A stretch of 64,000 bases of DNA, from assembly GCA_007134675.1 (NCBI GenBank), contig SLKJ01000030.1:1998-65997 (forward strand), given 5' to 3'. Below, in pieces: positions 47,902 to 56,463 of the stretch. Source of the stretch: Bacteroidales bacterium (GTDB taxonomy: Bacteria > Bacteroidota > Bacteroidia > Bacteroidales > PUMT01). Position 1 is the stretch's first letter. Every line of letters starts with the position of its first letter. Below the pieces are notes generated by a model. That model was not told the DNA's origin, did no database searches, and was given only the letters and a program-made list of their open reading frames with translations. A program made the translations under genes and the position numbers.

Positions 47902-49374
47902 TTATACATCAACCTCTGTTTTTTTATCTTCTTTATTTTCAGTGATTTTTTTGATTTTTATGTTGAACGCAGCCATGAAGATCGACATAAACGGGCTGAT
48001 TATATTGAAAAATGCATATGGAAGGTAACTGATGGTGGGTACGCCGAGGACGGCGGCCTGGGTGGCTCCACAGGTATTCCATGGAATAAGGACCGATGTA
48101 ACCGTGCCGGAGTCTTCCAGTGTACGGCTCAGTACCTCCGGTTTCAGTCCCCTGTCCCTGTAGGTCTTTGCAAACATTCTTCCCGGCACAACAATTGATA
48201 TATACTGGTCCGACGCAGTCACATTGAAGAATAGACAGGTGCTGACAGTGGTGGCAACCAGCGAACCGGTTGTCTTTGCAAAACGCATAAGCCCGGAAGT
48301 TATCCTCACCAGCATTCCGGCAGCCTCCATAACTCCGCCAAAGATCATAGCTGTCATGATGAGCCAGATTGTGTTGAGCATGCCAGCCATACCTCCGGTA
48401 CTGAGCAGGTCATTAACCTGGGGATCGCTTGTGACTATTGCGATCCTGCCGTACATGCTTTTCATTATTGCAATATATGAAGCCCGGCTGAAATTATCCA
48501 TAACTCCTGATACCTGCTCAATGATCTGGGGCTGGAATAGAACTGCAAAAAGGGCCCCCAGCAAAGTTCCTGCAAGTAAGGAGGGAAGTGGTGGCACCCT
48601 GTTGATAATTATTGTAATAAGCACGGCAGGTACGATAAACAGGAACGGGGTAATGTTAAAACTGGTCTCTATTGCATCCAGTGTAGCCTGTACATTTGCA
48701 GCGTCTCCTAAAGGCTGATAAAAGAACCCGAATATCATGAAAATAATAAGGGTGATCAATATTGAAGGGCCAGTTGTAAGAGACATATACCTGATATGCG
48801 TGAAGATATCAGTACCTACCATTGCGGGAGCCAGGTTGGTGGTGTCGGACAGAGGTGACATCTTATCACCGAAATAGGCTCCGGAAATAATAGCTCCTGC
48901 AACCATTCCTTCACTGAAGCCCATTGCATTACCTATACCAAGAAGGGCAATGCCGATTGTGGCAACAGTCGACCACGAGCTGCCTGTCGCAACGGAGACC
49001 AGGGCGGAGACCACAACGCATGCCAGAAGGAATATTGCAGGATTGAGTATCTTGAGGCCATAATAGATCATAGCAGGTACAACACCGCTTAAAAGCCAGG
49101 TGCCGGCAAGTGACCCGATAAGAAGCAAAATTATAATTGAAGGCATTGCCGACCCTATGCTTTTAACAATCTGTCTTCTAATATCATACCAGTTGTGTCC
49201 CAAAAAAGCAGCTATGACCCCTCCAACGGCAGCGGCAAGCAGAAGTGCCATCTGATTTGCACCTGACAGTGCATCATCTCCAAAAAGGTAAACATTGAGC
49301 GTCAGCAGAACAATAAGGGTTAAAACAGGCGCCAGTGCCTGAATAATTGTGGGTTTTCTGACGAGTCTGTTCAT
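47902..49374 (-). CDS. nhaC: NhaC-family Na+/H+ antiporter
   Basis: 490 aa with 11-12 TM helices and an NhaC-like C-terminal part (LEDSGTVTSVLIPWNTCG). Confidence 0.8.
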   Translation of the reverse strand: MNRLVRKPTIIQALAPVLTLIVLLTLNVYLFGDDALSGANQMALLLAAAVGGVIAAFLGHNWYDIRRQIVKSIGSAMPSIIILLLIGSLAGTWLLSGVVPAMIYYGLKILNPAIFLLACVVVSALVSVATGSSWSTVATIGIALLGIGNAMGFSEGMVAGAIISGAYFGDKMSPLSDTTNLAPAMVGTDIFTHIRYMSLTTGPSILITLIIFMIFGFFYQPLGDAANVQATLDAIETSFNITPFLFIVPAVLITIIINRVPPLPSLLAGTLLGALFAVLFQPQIIEQVSGVMDNFSRASYIAIMKSMYGRIAIVTSDPQVNDLLSTGGMAGMLNTIWLIMTAMIFGGVMEAAGMLVRITSGLMRFAKTTGSLVATTVSTCLFFNVTASDQYISIVVPGRMFAKTYRDRGLKPEVLSRTLEDSGTVTSVLIPWNTCGATQAAVLGVPTISYLPYAFFNIISPFMSIFMAAFNIKIKKITENKEDKKTEVDV

Positions 49375-50025
49375 AGCGGAGAATATAAGTTACTTTGATA
49401 TTGCTTTTTTGGTACCGGCGTCATTCATCACCTGCCGGCTGACCAGCACATCATCCCTGGCCGTTGAAATGCAGACTGTAAGGATATGAAATATCAGGAT
49501 AAAAACAATCAGTCCCTGATGTCCCGTTGATGAATTACTATTCATAAACTATTTTATTTTTTGCGTTAACAGTGTTGCAGGCATTATTCACCACTATGCA
49601 AAAATCTCACAAAAAAAGAAATTAAAAATCAGGCCAATATACAAAAAAGCCGGTCACAAACCATGGCATGAGAAAGTGTTGAAAATACATTAAAGCCTGA
49701 TTTCCCGAAATCTGATGCAAGGTTTTTGCCTTCATAGATTTTACAATTAAAACCTGAATGGATTCTGATTATTAGCTGTGGTATTTGTCAACAAATTTTT
49801 AACGGCTTATTAACAATAGCCCGACTGATTAAGTGACTGAAGATGAGCTTAATGGGGGAATCTATGATTTAAAGTAACTCAGTGATTGAGTTCTTGTTAA
49901 CATAAAACCCATGTCACGTTTATGAGCAAACCGGACCTTATATTAAGTGGTTGCTGGTTTTGGGTTTAGTTGATCTGCACCTGATTATCCTATAATAACC
50001 AGAAGTTTATCAAAGCCCGGATGAA

Positions 50026-50430
50026 ATGCAAAAAAAGAGTTCAGGTGGTAATGCAAATAAAAAGGCTTACGGATATTACAGTATCCCTGGCATATGGGTA
50101 ACGAACACATCAGGTGTTTTAAAAATTGATCATGAAGATATTCTTTACTGCCATCACGTCAATAATATTACTAAGATTTTTTATCTGAATGGCCACCATG
50201 CGACAGCCAGTGTCCCCTTGATAAAGCTGGAGCACAGGCTTTGCAGAAAGAAATTTTACCGTTGTCACCGCAACTATATCATCAATCTCAACTATGCAGT
50301 CGGAGCTGTTCAGGACAATGATACTCTCAAACTTTCCGGCAGCCGATCAGTTCCTGTTGCACGCAGAAGGAAAAGCCAGTTGCTGTTGAAACTGGAAAAA
50401 ATTGCAGCAGATCTGAACCGGTCCGTGTAA
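50026..50430 (+). CDS. Stand-alone LytTR-domain DNA-binding protein
   Basis: ILYCHHVNN.TKIFYLNGHH...L..LE..L....FYRCHRNYIINLNYA......LKLSGSRSVPVARRRK is the LytTR fold pattern. No receiver domain. Confidence 0.7.
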   Translation: MQKKSSGGNANKKAYGYYSIPGIWVTNTSGVLKIDHEDILYCHHVNNITKIFYLNGHHATASVPLIKLEHRLCRKKFYRCHRNYIINLNYAVGAVQDNDTLKLSGSRSVPVARRRKSQLLLKLEKIAADLNRSV

Positions 50431-50686
50431 AGCCACAGGGGTAACATAATCGTGTATTTGAGAATTCGATATCGGGAGTATAATCTGCCACTCAGGTCTT
50501 GAAAATGACCATTCAGATTATTTTCCTGCTGATTACTTGATTTATTAAAAAAAATTGGCTTAATTTTAATAAGAGAACCGGATTTATTGAAAATTACCAT
50601 TTTGTTCGTACCGGAATAAAATTATCCGGTTATTCTGGGGACTGTTAAGCAGGAAACTCTTTACTGGTTATTGTTAACTACACCTT

Positions 50687-51010
50687 ATGATTATGGAAAA
50701 CAGGACTGAATGGTTTGTCAATAGGTATATACTGAAAAAAACACTTTATTTTCAGAGCGATAACGGGATTACCCTGATGGTAATGAATAACCGCAGGCAG
50801 GAAATTCTGGATATTCCGTTGGTAAAACTGGAAAATATCCTTCCTCCGGGGCTTTTTTTCAGGGTCCACAGAAGTTACCTGGTAAACTCGAACGCCATTT
50901 CGGAGTTAAGGTATTACCGCACACAACTACTTGCCATTGTCCACGGGTACCGCATTCCTGTGTCAAGGAGGCGGGGCAGGGATCTGCTGACTAACATAAA
51001 TATACTCTAA
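50687..51010 (+). CDS. Stand-alone LytTR-domain DNA-binding protein (second copy)
   Basis: L.KLENILPPGLFFRVHRSYLVNSNAI.....Y......IVHGYRIPVSRRRGRDL. Length is 107 aa. No receiver domain. Confidence 0.7.
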   Translation: MIMENRTEWFVNRYILKKTLYFQSDNGITLMVMNNRRQEILDIPLVKLENILPPGLFFRVHRSYLVNSNAISELRYYRTQLLAIVHGYRIPVSRRRGRDLLTNINIL

Positions 51011-51127
51011 GCACGTAGGCACGGGAGGCACCTTTCCCGATTTCTTTCTTCTCTTTTTGTGACACTATGCTATTTTTCAAGCATGTGCATTAGAAAATAA
51101 TGCATGGAAGCCTGAATGAAAAATTCA

Positions 51128-51287
51128 GAAAAAATTTTATGTACATTTCTCCTGTAAAAAACATAAATTTTGCCTTATAAAATATCCAAAATTTATGCTT
51201 ACAGTCGGAACCGCTTCGCTTTAACATGAAAATTTTTTCATGCGTCTGTGTGTAATTTTACGCAGAAAAAATTTTATGTACATTTGT
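51128..51287 (+). repeat. Intergenic repeat family, copy C (upstream of gatC)
   Basis: It contains both the upstream module AAAAAATTTTATGTACATTTCTCCTGTAAAAA (shared with copy B) and the core plus downstream module shared with copies A and B. It ends in TAcaTTTG. Confidence 0.8.
51279..51286 (+). promoter_or_regulatory. -7 element candidate TAcaTTTG upstream of gatC
   Basis: Exact TAnnTTTG match, 48 nt before the ATG at 51335. Confidence 0.4.
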
Positions 51288-51334
51288 GGGCTGCACGATG
51301 TTTGATGCTGTAATTTGAATATATATAGTTGGCT

Positions 51335-51613
51335 ATGGAAAAATTAATGCCCCTCGAACTTTTATCGAATATAAGGGGAGCGGGACCCTCGCCGGATGTA
51401 GGAAAGCTTTTTGATATTATAAAGGATGCTCTGCCCGGTAATGACAGTGCAGACCAGGAAGTGATAAGCGGTGATATCTGCGTTCATCTGGAAAGCCTGA
51501 GAGATGATGAGGTCATTGAAAGCAGCTCAGTGGAGAAGGAGATCATTAAAGAGAACTTCCCCGAAAGGAAAAACGATTATCTGGTTGTTTCAAGGGTTAT
51601 TGAGGAGGTATAG
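51335..51613 (+). CDS. gatC: Asp/Glu-tRNA amidotransferase subunit C (divergent)
   Basis: The C-terminal half LRDDEVIESSSVEKEIIKENFPERKNDYLVVSRVIE matches the GatC consensus (LR.D........e.l..nap....dgyf.VP.vi). The N-terminal half is atypical. I prefer the ATG at 51335 to the TTG at 51329. The stop abuts the gatA ATG. Confidence 0.65.
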   Translation: MEKLMPLELLSNIRGAGPSPDVGKLFDIIKDALPGNDSADQEVISGDICVHLESLRDDEVIESSSVEKEIIKENFPERKNDYLVVSRVIEEV

Positions 51614-53020
51614 ATGGATTCGGAGATATTAAAGATTCATGAGGCCTACAGAAAGGGCAGCCTTAACTGTTCCGGGCTTATTGCCTCAAGGATTGGCGAA
51701 CTGGAAAAGAGCAACCATAACTCGGTTAATTATATGCTGAGTGATTTGGCTATGGAGATGGCTGCCGAAGCGGATGACAGGATAAAAAGCGGCAAGGAGC
51801 TGAGACCCCTGGAAGGGATCCCGTTCGGCATAAAGGATGTGTACATGCTTCAGGGTACCAGCTCTTCAGGAAGTTCTGGTATACTGAAAAACTATAAAGC
51901 TCCCTATACAGCAACCGCAATCGTGAAGCTGCTTGATGCCGGGGCCATCCCGGTAGCCAGGGAAAACTGCGACTGCTTCGGACACGGAAGCAGCAATGAA
52001 AACAGCTATTTCGGACCTGCCAGGAATGCACTGGATAAAAATCTGGTTCCCGGAGGCTCCAGCGGGGGAAGTGCAGTGAATGTAGCCAGAGGTTTCACAA
52101 CATTTTCAATCGGAGGCGATACAGGCGGATCGATCAGGCAACCCTCAGGTTACAACAAGGTGTACGGATTAAAACCGACCTATGGAAGGATCTCCAGGTT
52201 TGGCCTGATGGCATATGCCTCATCAACCGATTGTGTGGGACCTATTTCTAGGAGCCTTGAGGATATAAGGCTTTTAATTAATATAATGAGTGGCAAGGAT
52301 TCCCGCGATCAGACAACTTTTAAATCAGATGCTATACCCGATGAAATTTTCAGAAATGACCCGGATTTAAAAAAGATAAGGATCGGATACTACAGGAATT
52401 TTATTGAGAGCGATAACCTGGATGAAAATATCAGGAATGATTTTATCAGGTTGATCGGTATCCTCAAAGAACAAGGCAATGCAGTCGAGGAGCTTGAATT
52501 CTACGATGACACTATACTGGTTTCGGCATATTATGTTCTTGCAATGGCAGAGACCGCTTCAAATCTGGCCCGACTTGACGGATCGGTCTACGGAGAAAGG
52601 GTTGCGGGTGAAAGTATAAGGGACCAGTATGCACTAACAAGGTCTGAGAACCTTACTGAGGAGACCAGGAAAAGGATAGTAGGTGGCAATCAGGTACTGG
52701 CTCACGGATATGCTGAAGATATATATCAAAAAGCAAGATATCTCAGAAAAATGATAACAGACAGCTTCAACAGGGATTTCAGGAACGTTGGCATCATCCT
52801 CTCACCTGTAACACCCAATACCCCGCCATTACTGGGCAGCAGCCTGAAGAATCCAATGGTCATGTATCTGTCCGATGCCTATACTGTAGGATTCAGTCTG
52901 GGCGGACTGCCTGCTTTAACCGCTCCGTTGGGGACTGATACGGGGGTACAGATAACGGCAGAGAAAAACGGAGAAGAGAGGATCCTGAAGTTTGCAAAAT
53001 ATTTAAAAGAGATTCTTTGA
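51614..53020 (+). CDS. gatA: Asp/Glu-tRNA amidotransferase subunit A (amidase signature family)
   Basis: GIPFGIKDV (catalytic Lys), GGSSGGSA and GGDTGGSIRQPS (Ser-cisSer), and GLKPTYGRISRFG. Confidence 0.85.
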   Translation: MDSEILKIHEAYRKGSLNCSGLIASRIGELEKSNHNSVNYMLSDLAMEMAAEADDRIKSGKELRPLEGIPFGIKDVYMLQGTSSSGSSGILKNYKAPYTATAIVKLLDAGAIPVARENCDCFGHGSSNENSYFGPARNALDKNLVPGGSSGGSAVNVARGFTTFSIGGDTGGSIRQPSGYNKVYGLKPTYGRISRFGLMAYASSTDCVGPISRSLEDIRLLINIMSGKDSRDQTTFKSDAIPDEIFRNDPDLKKIRIGYYRNFIESDNLDENIRNDFIRLIGILKEQGNAVEELEFYDDTILVSAYYVLAMAETASNLARLDGSVYGERVAGESIRDQYALTRSENLTEETRKRIVGGNQVLAHGYAEDIYQKARYLRKMITDSFNRDFRNVGIILSPVTPNTPPLLGSSLKNPMVMYLSDAYTVGFSLGGLPALTAPLGTDTGVQITAEKNGEERILKFAKYLKEIL

Positions 53021-56000
53021 TGGAGAAAGATAAGTTGACCGGCGAGCTTGATGAGCTAGGACTTGAGGTGGTTATAGGGATTGAAACACATATAAGGCTT
53101 AATACCTCAACAAAGCTTTTCTGCTCCTGTCCGAACAGGGAAGATGACCGTCCCAACCATAACATCTGTTCTGTCTGCACGGGGCAGATGGGGGTACTGC
53201 CTGCAGTGAACAGGGAGGCTGTAAGAAAAGCTGTAATTTTTGGTAAAGCGATAAATTCGAGCATGCGCAACACGGTCATATGCTGGGACAGGAAGCATTA
53301 TGAATATCCGGATCTGCCGAAAAATTTTCAGCTCACCCAGTACAGGAAACCTGTAATACCTGATGGTATGGTTGAATGCTACAGAAATGACGGTTCTACT
53401 TTTGTCGTTGGTATTGAACAGGTGCATATAGAGGAAGATGCCGCCAGGCTCATCCATGAAAAGGACCGGACTCTGGTTGATTTCAACAAGGCAGGAGTGC
53501 CCCTTGTTGAAGTGGTTACCAAACCCTGCATCAGTATGATTGCCGATGCACCGGTATATGCTCAGTATCTGCAGCGGACTGTTCAGAACCTTGAAATATC
53601 GGAAGCCAACCTTGAAAAGGGGCAGTTTAAAAGCGATGTAAGCGTTTCATTAAGAAAGAAAGGCACTGATGAACTTAACCCCAGGGCTGAAATTAAAAAC
53701 CTTAACTCATTTAAGTTCATGCATGAAGCAATTTCAGAGGAGGTTAAAAAACAACTCGGGTATTTCAAAAAAAATGCTACTTTCCGCCCCGACCAGACAA
53801 CCGTTCTGTTCGATGCCGATCTGAAAAGGACCAGGACGATGCGAAAAAAGGAGTATGCTGCCGATTACAGGTTTGCTGCTGAACCCGATATACCGGTGAT
53901 AGATATCAGCAGGGCTGTTGATCAGATAAAGGTTGACACCAGCCTGCTTCCGTTTCCGGTTGAAAAAAGACTTATAGAGGGAGGTGTTCGCCCTCAGGAT
54001 GCTAAGTTTTTCACCTCTGACCCGGTCCGGTCCCGGGTTTTTCTGGGTGTTGACAAGCAACTGGCCGATCCGCTTTTTGTTGCCAGGACCCTAACCAATA
54101 ATCTCAAGGTTGAGGATTACGGCAAAGTTTTGAATATTGTTGCCCTTGCAGATATTCTAAATATTTTTAAAAGCGGTAGAATTTCAGTGGTCCTTTTACA
54201 AAAAGTTATCAGTGAATTACTCAGTGATCCCTCATATGACTATCAATCCTTTTTTAATAAGAATATTGTTTCTGAAGAACAATTATTAGCAAGCATAAAG
54301 GAAGCAGTTGAAGAAAATCCTGATACGGCAAGTCAGATAAAGTCGGGTGATACACGAAAAGCTGGTGTCCTTGTCGGAAAGGTTGTTAAGAAGGTAGGCA
54401 GTGGAATTTCAGGGAAAATCATAAGGGATCAGATCCTGTCGTTTCTCTCCGGTGTGAAAACAGCAGCCGGTGAGGTTATTGCTGAGAGTGATTTAACGAG
54501 TCACCCTGAAGCAAAGGCTGATGATATCGCACCTGTTACCTCAGGGGCGGATTATAATATAAGGGACTGCTACAGGACAAATCTTATTTCGGATATTTCT
54601 GCCGATATGCTTGGACGCGAGGTCATACTTGCCGGTTGGGTATCAAGCCTGCGCGACCATGGGGAACTTCTGTTCATTGATCTCAGGGATACCAGTGATG
54701 AGATGTTCCAGCTGCGGCTGAACAGGTTGAGTTTTCCAGATCTTGATCAGATGGCCAGAATAAATCCTGAATCGGTGATAATGGTTACGGGTACTGTAAT
54801 AAAAAGGAGTGAAGATGATTTTAACCCGGGTATCAGAACAGGTAAACTGGAGCTTGATACCATCAGGCTTGAGTTACTCAATACCTGCAGGGCTTTACCT
54901 TTTGAGATAAGAAGAGCTCCGAGAACATCGGAGCTGATCAGATTAAAATATAAATTCCTGGATCATCGCAACAGCGAAAACAGGCAGGTAATCATAAACC
55001 GTCACAAAGTCATTAAAGCTATAAGGGATTTCCTTGATAGTGAAAGTTTCATTGAGATTGAAACACCTGTACTGACTGCAGGAACAGATGAGGGAGCAAG
55101 GGAATTCATTGTACCCAGCAGGAAGTTTCACGGTAAGTTCTATACATTGCCTCAGGCTCCCCAGCAGTTTAAACAGATGCTTATGCTCGGGGGATTCCCT
55201 AAATACTTCCAGATTGCAAGGTGCTTTCGTGATGAGGATTCGCGGGGGGACCGCCAGCCTGAATTTACCCAGCTTGATATGGAGCTTGCTTTTGCCGGCA
55301 TGCAGGATATCCTGGATCTTAATTCAAGACTGCTGGAGGAGATTGTGAGAAAGAATTACGGAAAGAGGTGGAAGCTGTATCCGATGCGGACTCTTACCTA
55401 CCGCGAAGCCATGGAAAAATACGGGACAGACAGGCCTGATCTGAGGTTTGGGCTGGAAATGCTCGATATTACAGATATTTTAAGGGGCACTCAATTTAAA
55501 ATATTTGCTTCCCCGATTGCCAGGGGAGGTGTTGTAAAGTGTATCAGGGTAAGCGGCAAAAAAGGCAGAAACCAGGTTACAAAAGGGCAGATCGAAAAGC
55601 TGACATATATAGCACGGGCAAATGGTCTTGGGGGACTGGCATATATAGTTGTTAAAATAGACGAGTTACAGTCCCCTATAATCAAATACCTCGGAAAGGA
55701 TGTGGCAGCAAGGATCATTCAGGAGGCAGGCGCAGGTGTGGGAGATATTGTATTCTTTTCCGCATCTGACATTAAAACCGCCAATAAAGCCCTGGATGCT
55801 GTCCGACAGGAGCTTGGCCGTATGCTCAGTCTGATCAGGCCCCGGGAGCTGCACCCGGCATGGATAGTTGATTTCCCTCTTTTTGAAAAGACCGACAAGG
55901 GAGGCTGGACCTTCTCCCATAATCCTTTTTCGATGCCCGTCAGTGAATGCCTTCAGGACCATATGAAGGGAAACAATATCGGGGAGATCATTGCTCAGCA

Positions 56001-56346
56001 GTATGATCTGATAATAAACGGTAACGAGATTGGAGGAGGGTCCGTTCGTGCCCATAAGCCTGAAATACTGGCGGCAACCTACCGTAACATGGGTTACAGT
56101 CATGAAGAGATGATTAAAAGTATAGGACATATGTACGAGGCTTTTCATTACGGAGCCCCTCCACATGGCGGAATTGCCTGGGGACTTGACAGACTGCTGA
56201 TGATACTTGAAAACAGATCTTCCATACGTGAAGTGATGGCATTTCCTAAAACAGGGTCAGGTGAAGACCTTCTTTTTAATTGCCCGTCTGAACTTTCCGA
56301 TAAAAAGATAATTGAGGCCAACATAAGGATCGTTGACCCGGGCTGA
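53017..56346 (+). CDS. gatB-aspS: Fusion protein: Asp/Glu-tRNA amidotransferase subunit B (aa 1-479), linker, then bacterial-type aspartyl-tRNA synthetase (aa ~518-1109)
   Basis: GatB part: EVVIGIETHIRL, CSCPN..CSVCTGQ and the YqeY-like tail KAGVLVGKVVKK. AspRS part: OB fold VILAGWVSSLRDHGELLFIDLRD, FIEIETPVL, motif 2 FRDEDSRGDRQPEFTQLD, GAD insertion domain, GGGSVRAH and PPHGGIAWGLDRL. It is one uninterrupted ORF. Its start overlaps the gatA stop (TGATG). Confidence 0.85.
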   Translation: MMEKDKLTGELDELGLEVVIGIETHIRLNTSTKLFCSCPNREDDRPNHNICSVCTGQMGVLPAVNREAVRKAVIFGKAINSSMRNTVICWDRKHYEYPDLPKNFQLTQYRKPVIPDGMVECYRNDGSTFVVGIEQVHIEEDAARLIHEKDRTLVDFNKAGVPLVEVVTKPCISMIADAPVYAQYLQRTVQNLEISEANLEKGQFKSDVSVSLRKKGTDELNPRAEIKNLNSFKFMHEAISEEVKKQLGYFKKNATFRPDQTTVLFDADLKRTRTMRKKEYAADYRFAAEPDIPVIDISRAVDQIKVDTSLLPFPVEKRLIEGGVRPQDAKFFTSDPVRSRVFLGVDKQLADPLFVARTLTNNLKVEDYGKVLNIVALADILNIFKSGRISVVLLQKVISELLSDPSYDYQSFFNKNIVSEEQLLASIKEAVEENPDTASQIKSGDTRKAGVLVGKVVKKVGSGISGKIIRDQILSFLSGVKTAAGEVIAESDLTSHPEAKADDIAPVTSGADYNIRDCYRTNLISDISADMLGREVILAGWVSSLRDHGELLFIDLRDTSDEMFQLRLNRLSFPDLDQMARINPESVIMVTGTVIKRSEDDFNPGIRTGKLELDTIRLELLNTCRALPFEIRRAPRTSELIRLKYKFLDHRNSENRQVIINRHKVIKAIRDFLDSESFIEIETPVLTAGTDEGAREFIVPSRKFHGKFYTLPQAPQQFKQMLMLGGFPKYFQIARCFRDEDSRGDRQPEFTQLDMELAFAGMQDILDLNSRLLEEIVRKNYGKRWKLYPMRTLTYREAMEKYGTDRPDLRFGLEMLDITDILRGTQFKIFASPIARGGVVKCIRVSGKKGRNQVTKGQIEKLTYIARANGLGGLAYIVVKIDELQSPIIKYLGKDVAARIIQEAGAGVGDIVFFSASDIKTANKALDAVRQELGRMLSLIRPRELHPAWIVDFPLFEKTDKGGWTFSHNPFSMPVSECLQDHMKGNNIGEIIAQQYDLIINGNEIGGGSVRAHKPEILAATYRNMGYSHEEMIKSIGHMYEAFHYGAPPHGGIAWGLDRLLMILENRSSIREVMAFPKTGSGEDLLFNCPSELSDKKIIEANIRIVDPG

Positions 56347-56463
56347 AGTACCATCTGTATAGCATATTGCGATAATGAATCACAACAACCTATGGCACAT
56401 TTGCAGATATGGTCTTATCTCGTTTCGGAGGGTATATTATTCATCAGTTAATTCCGGAGGTCC

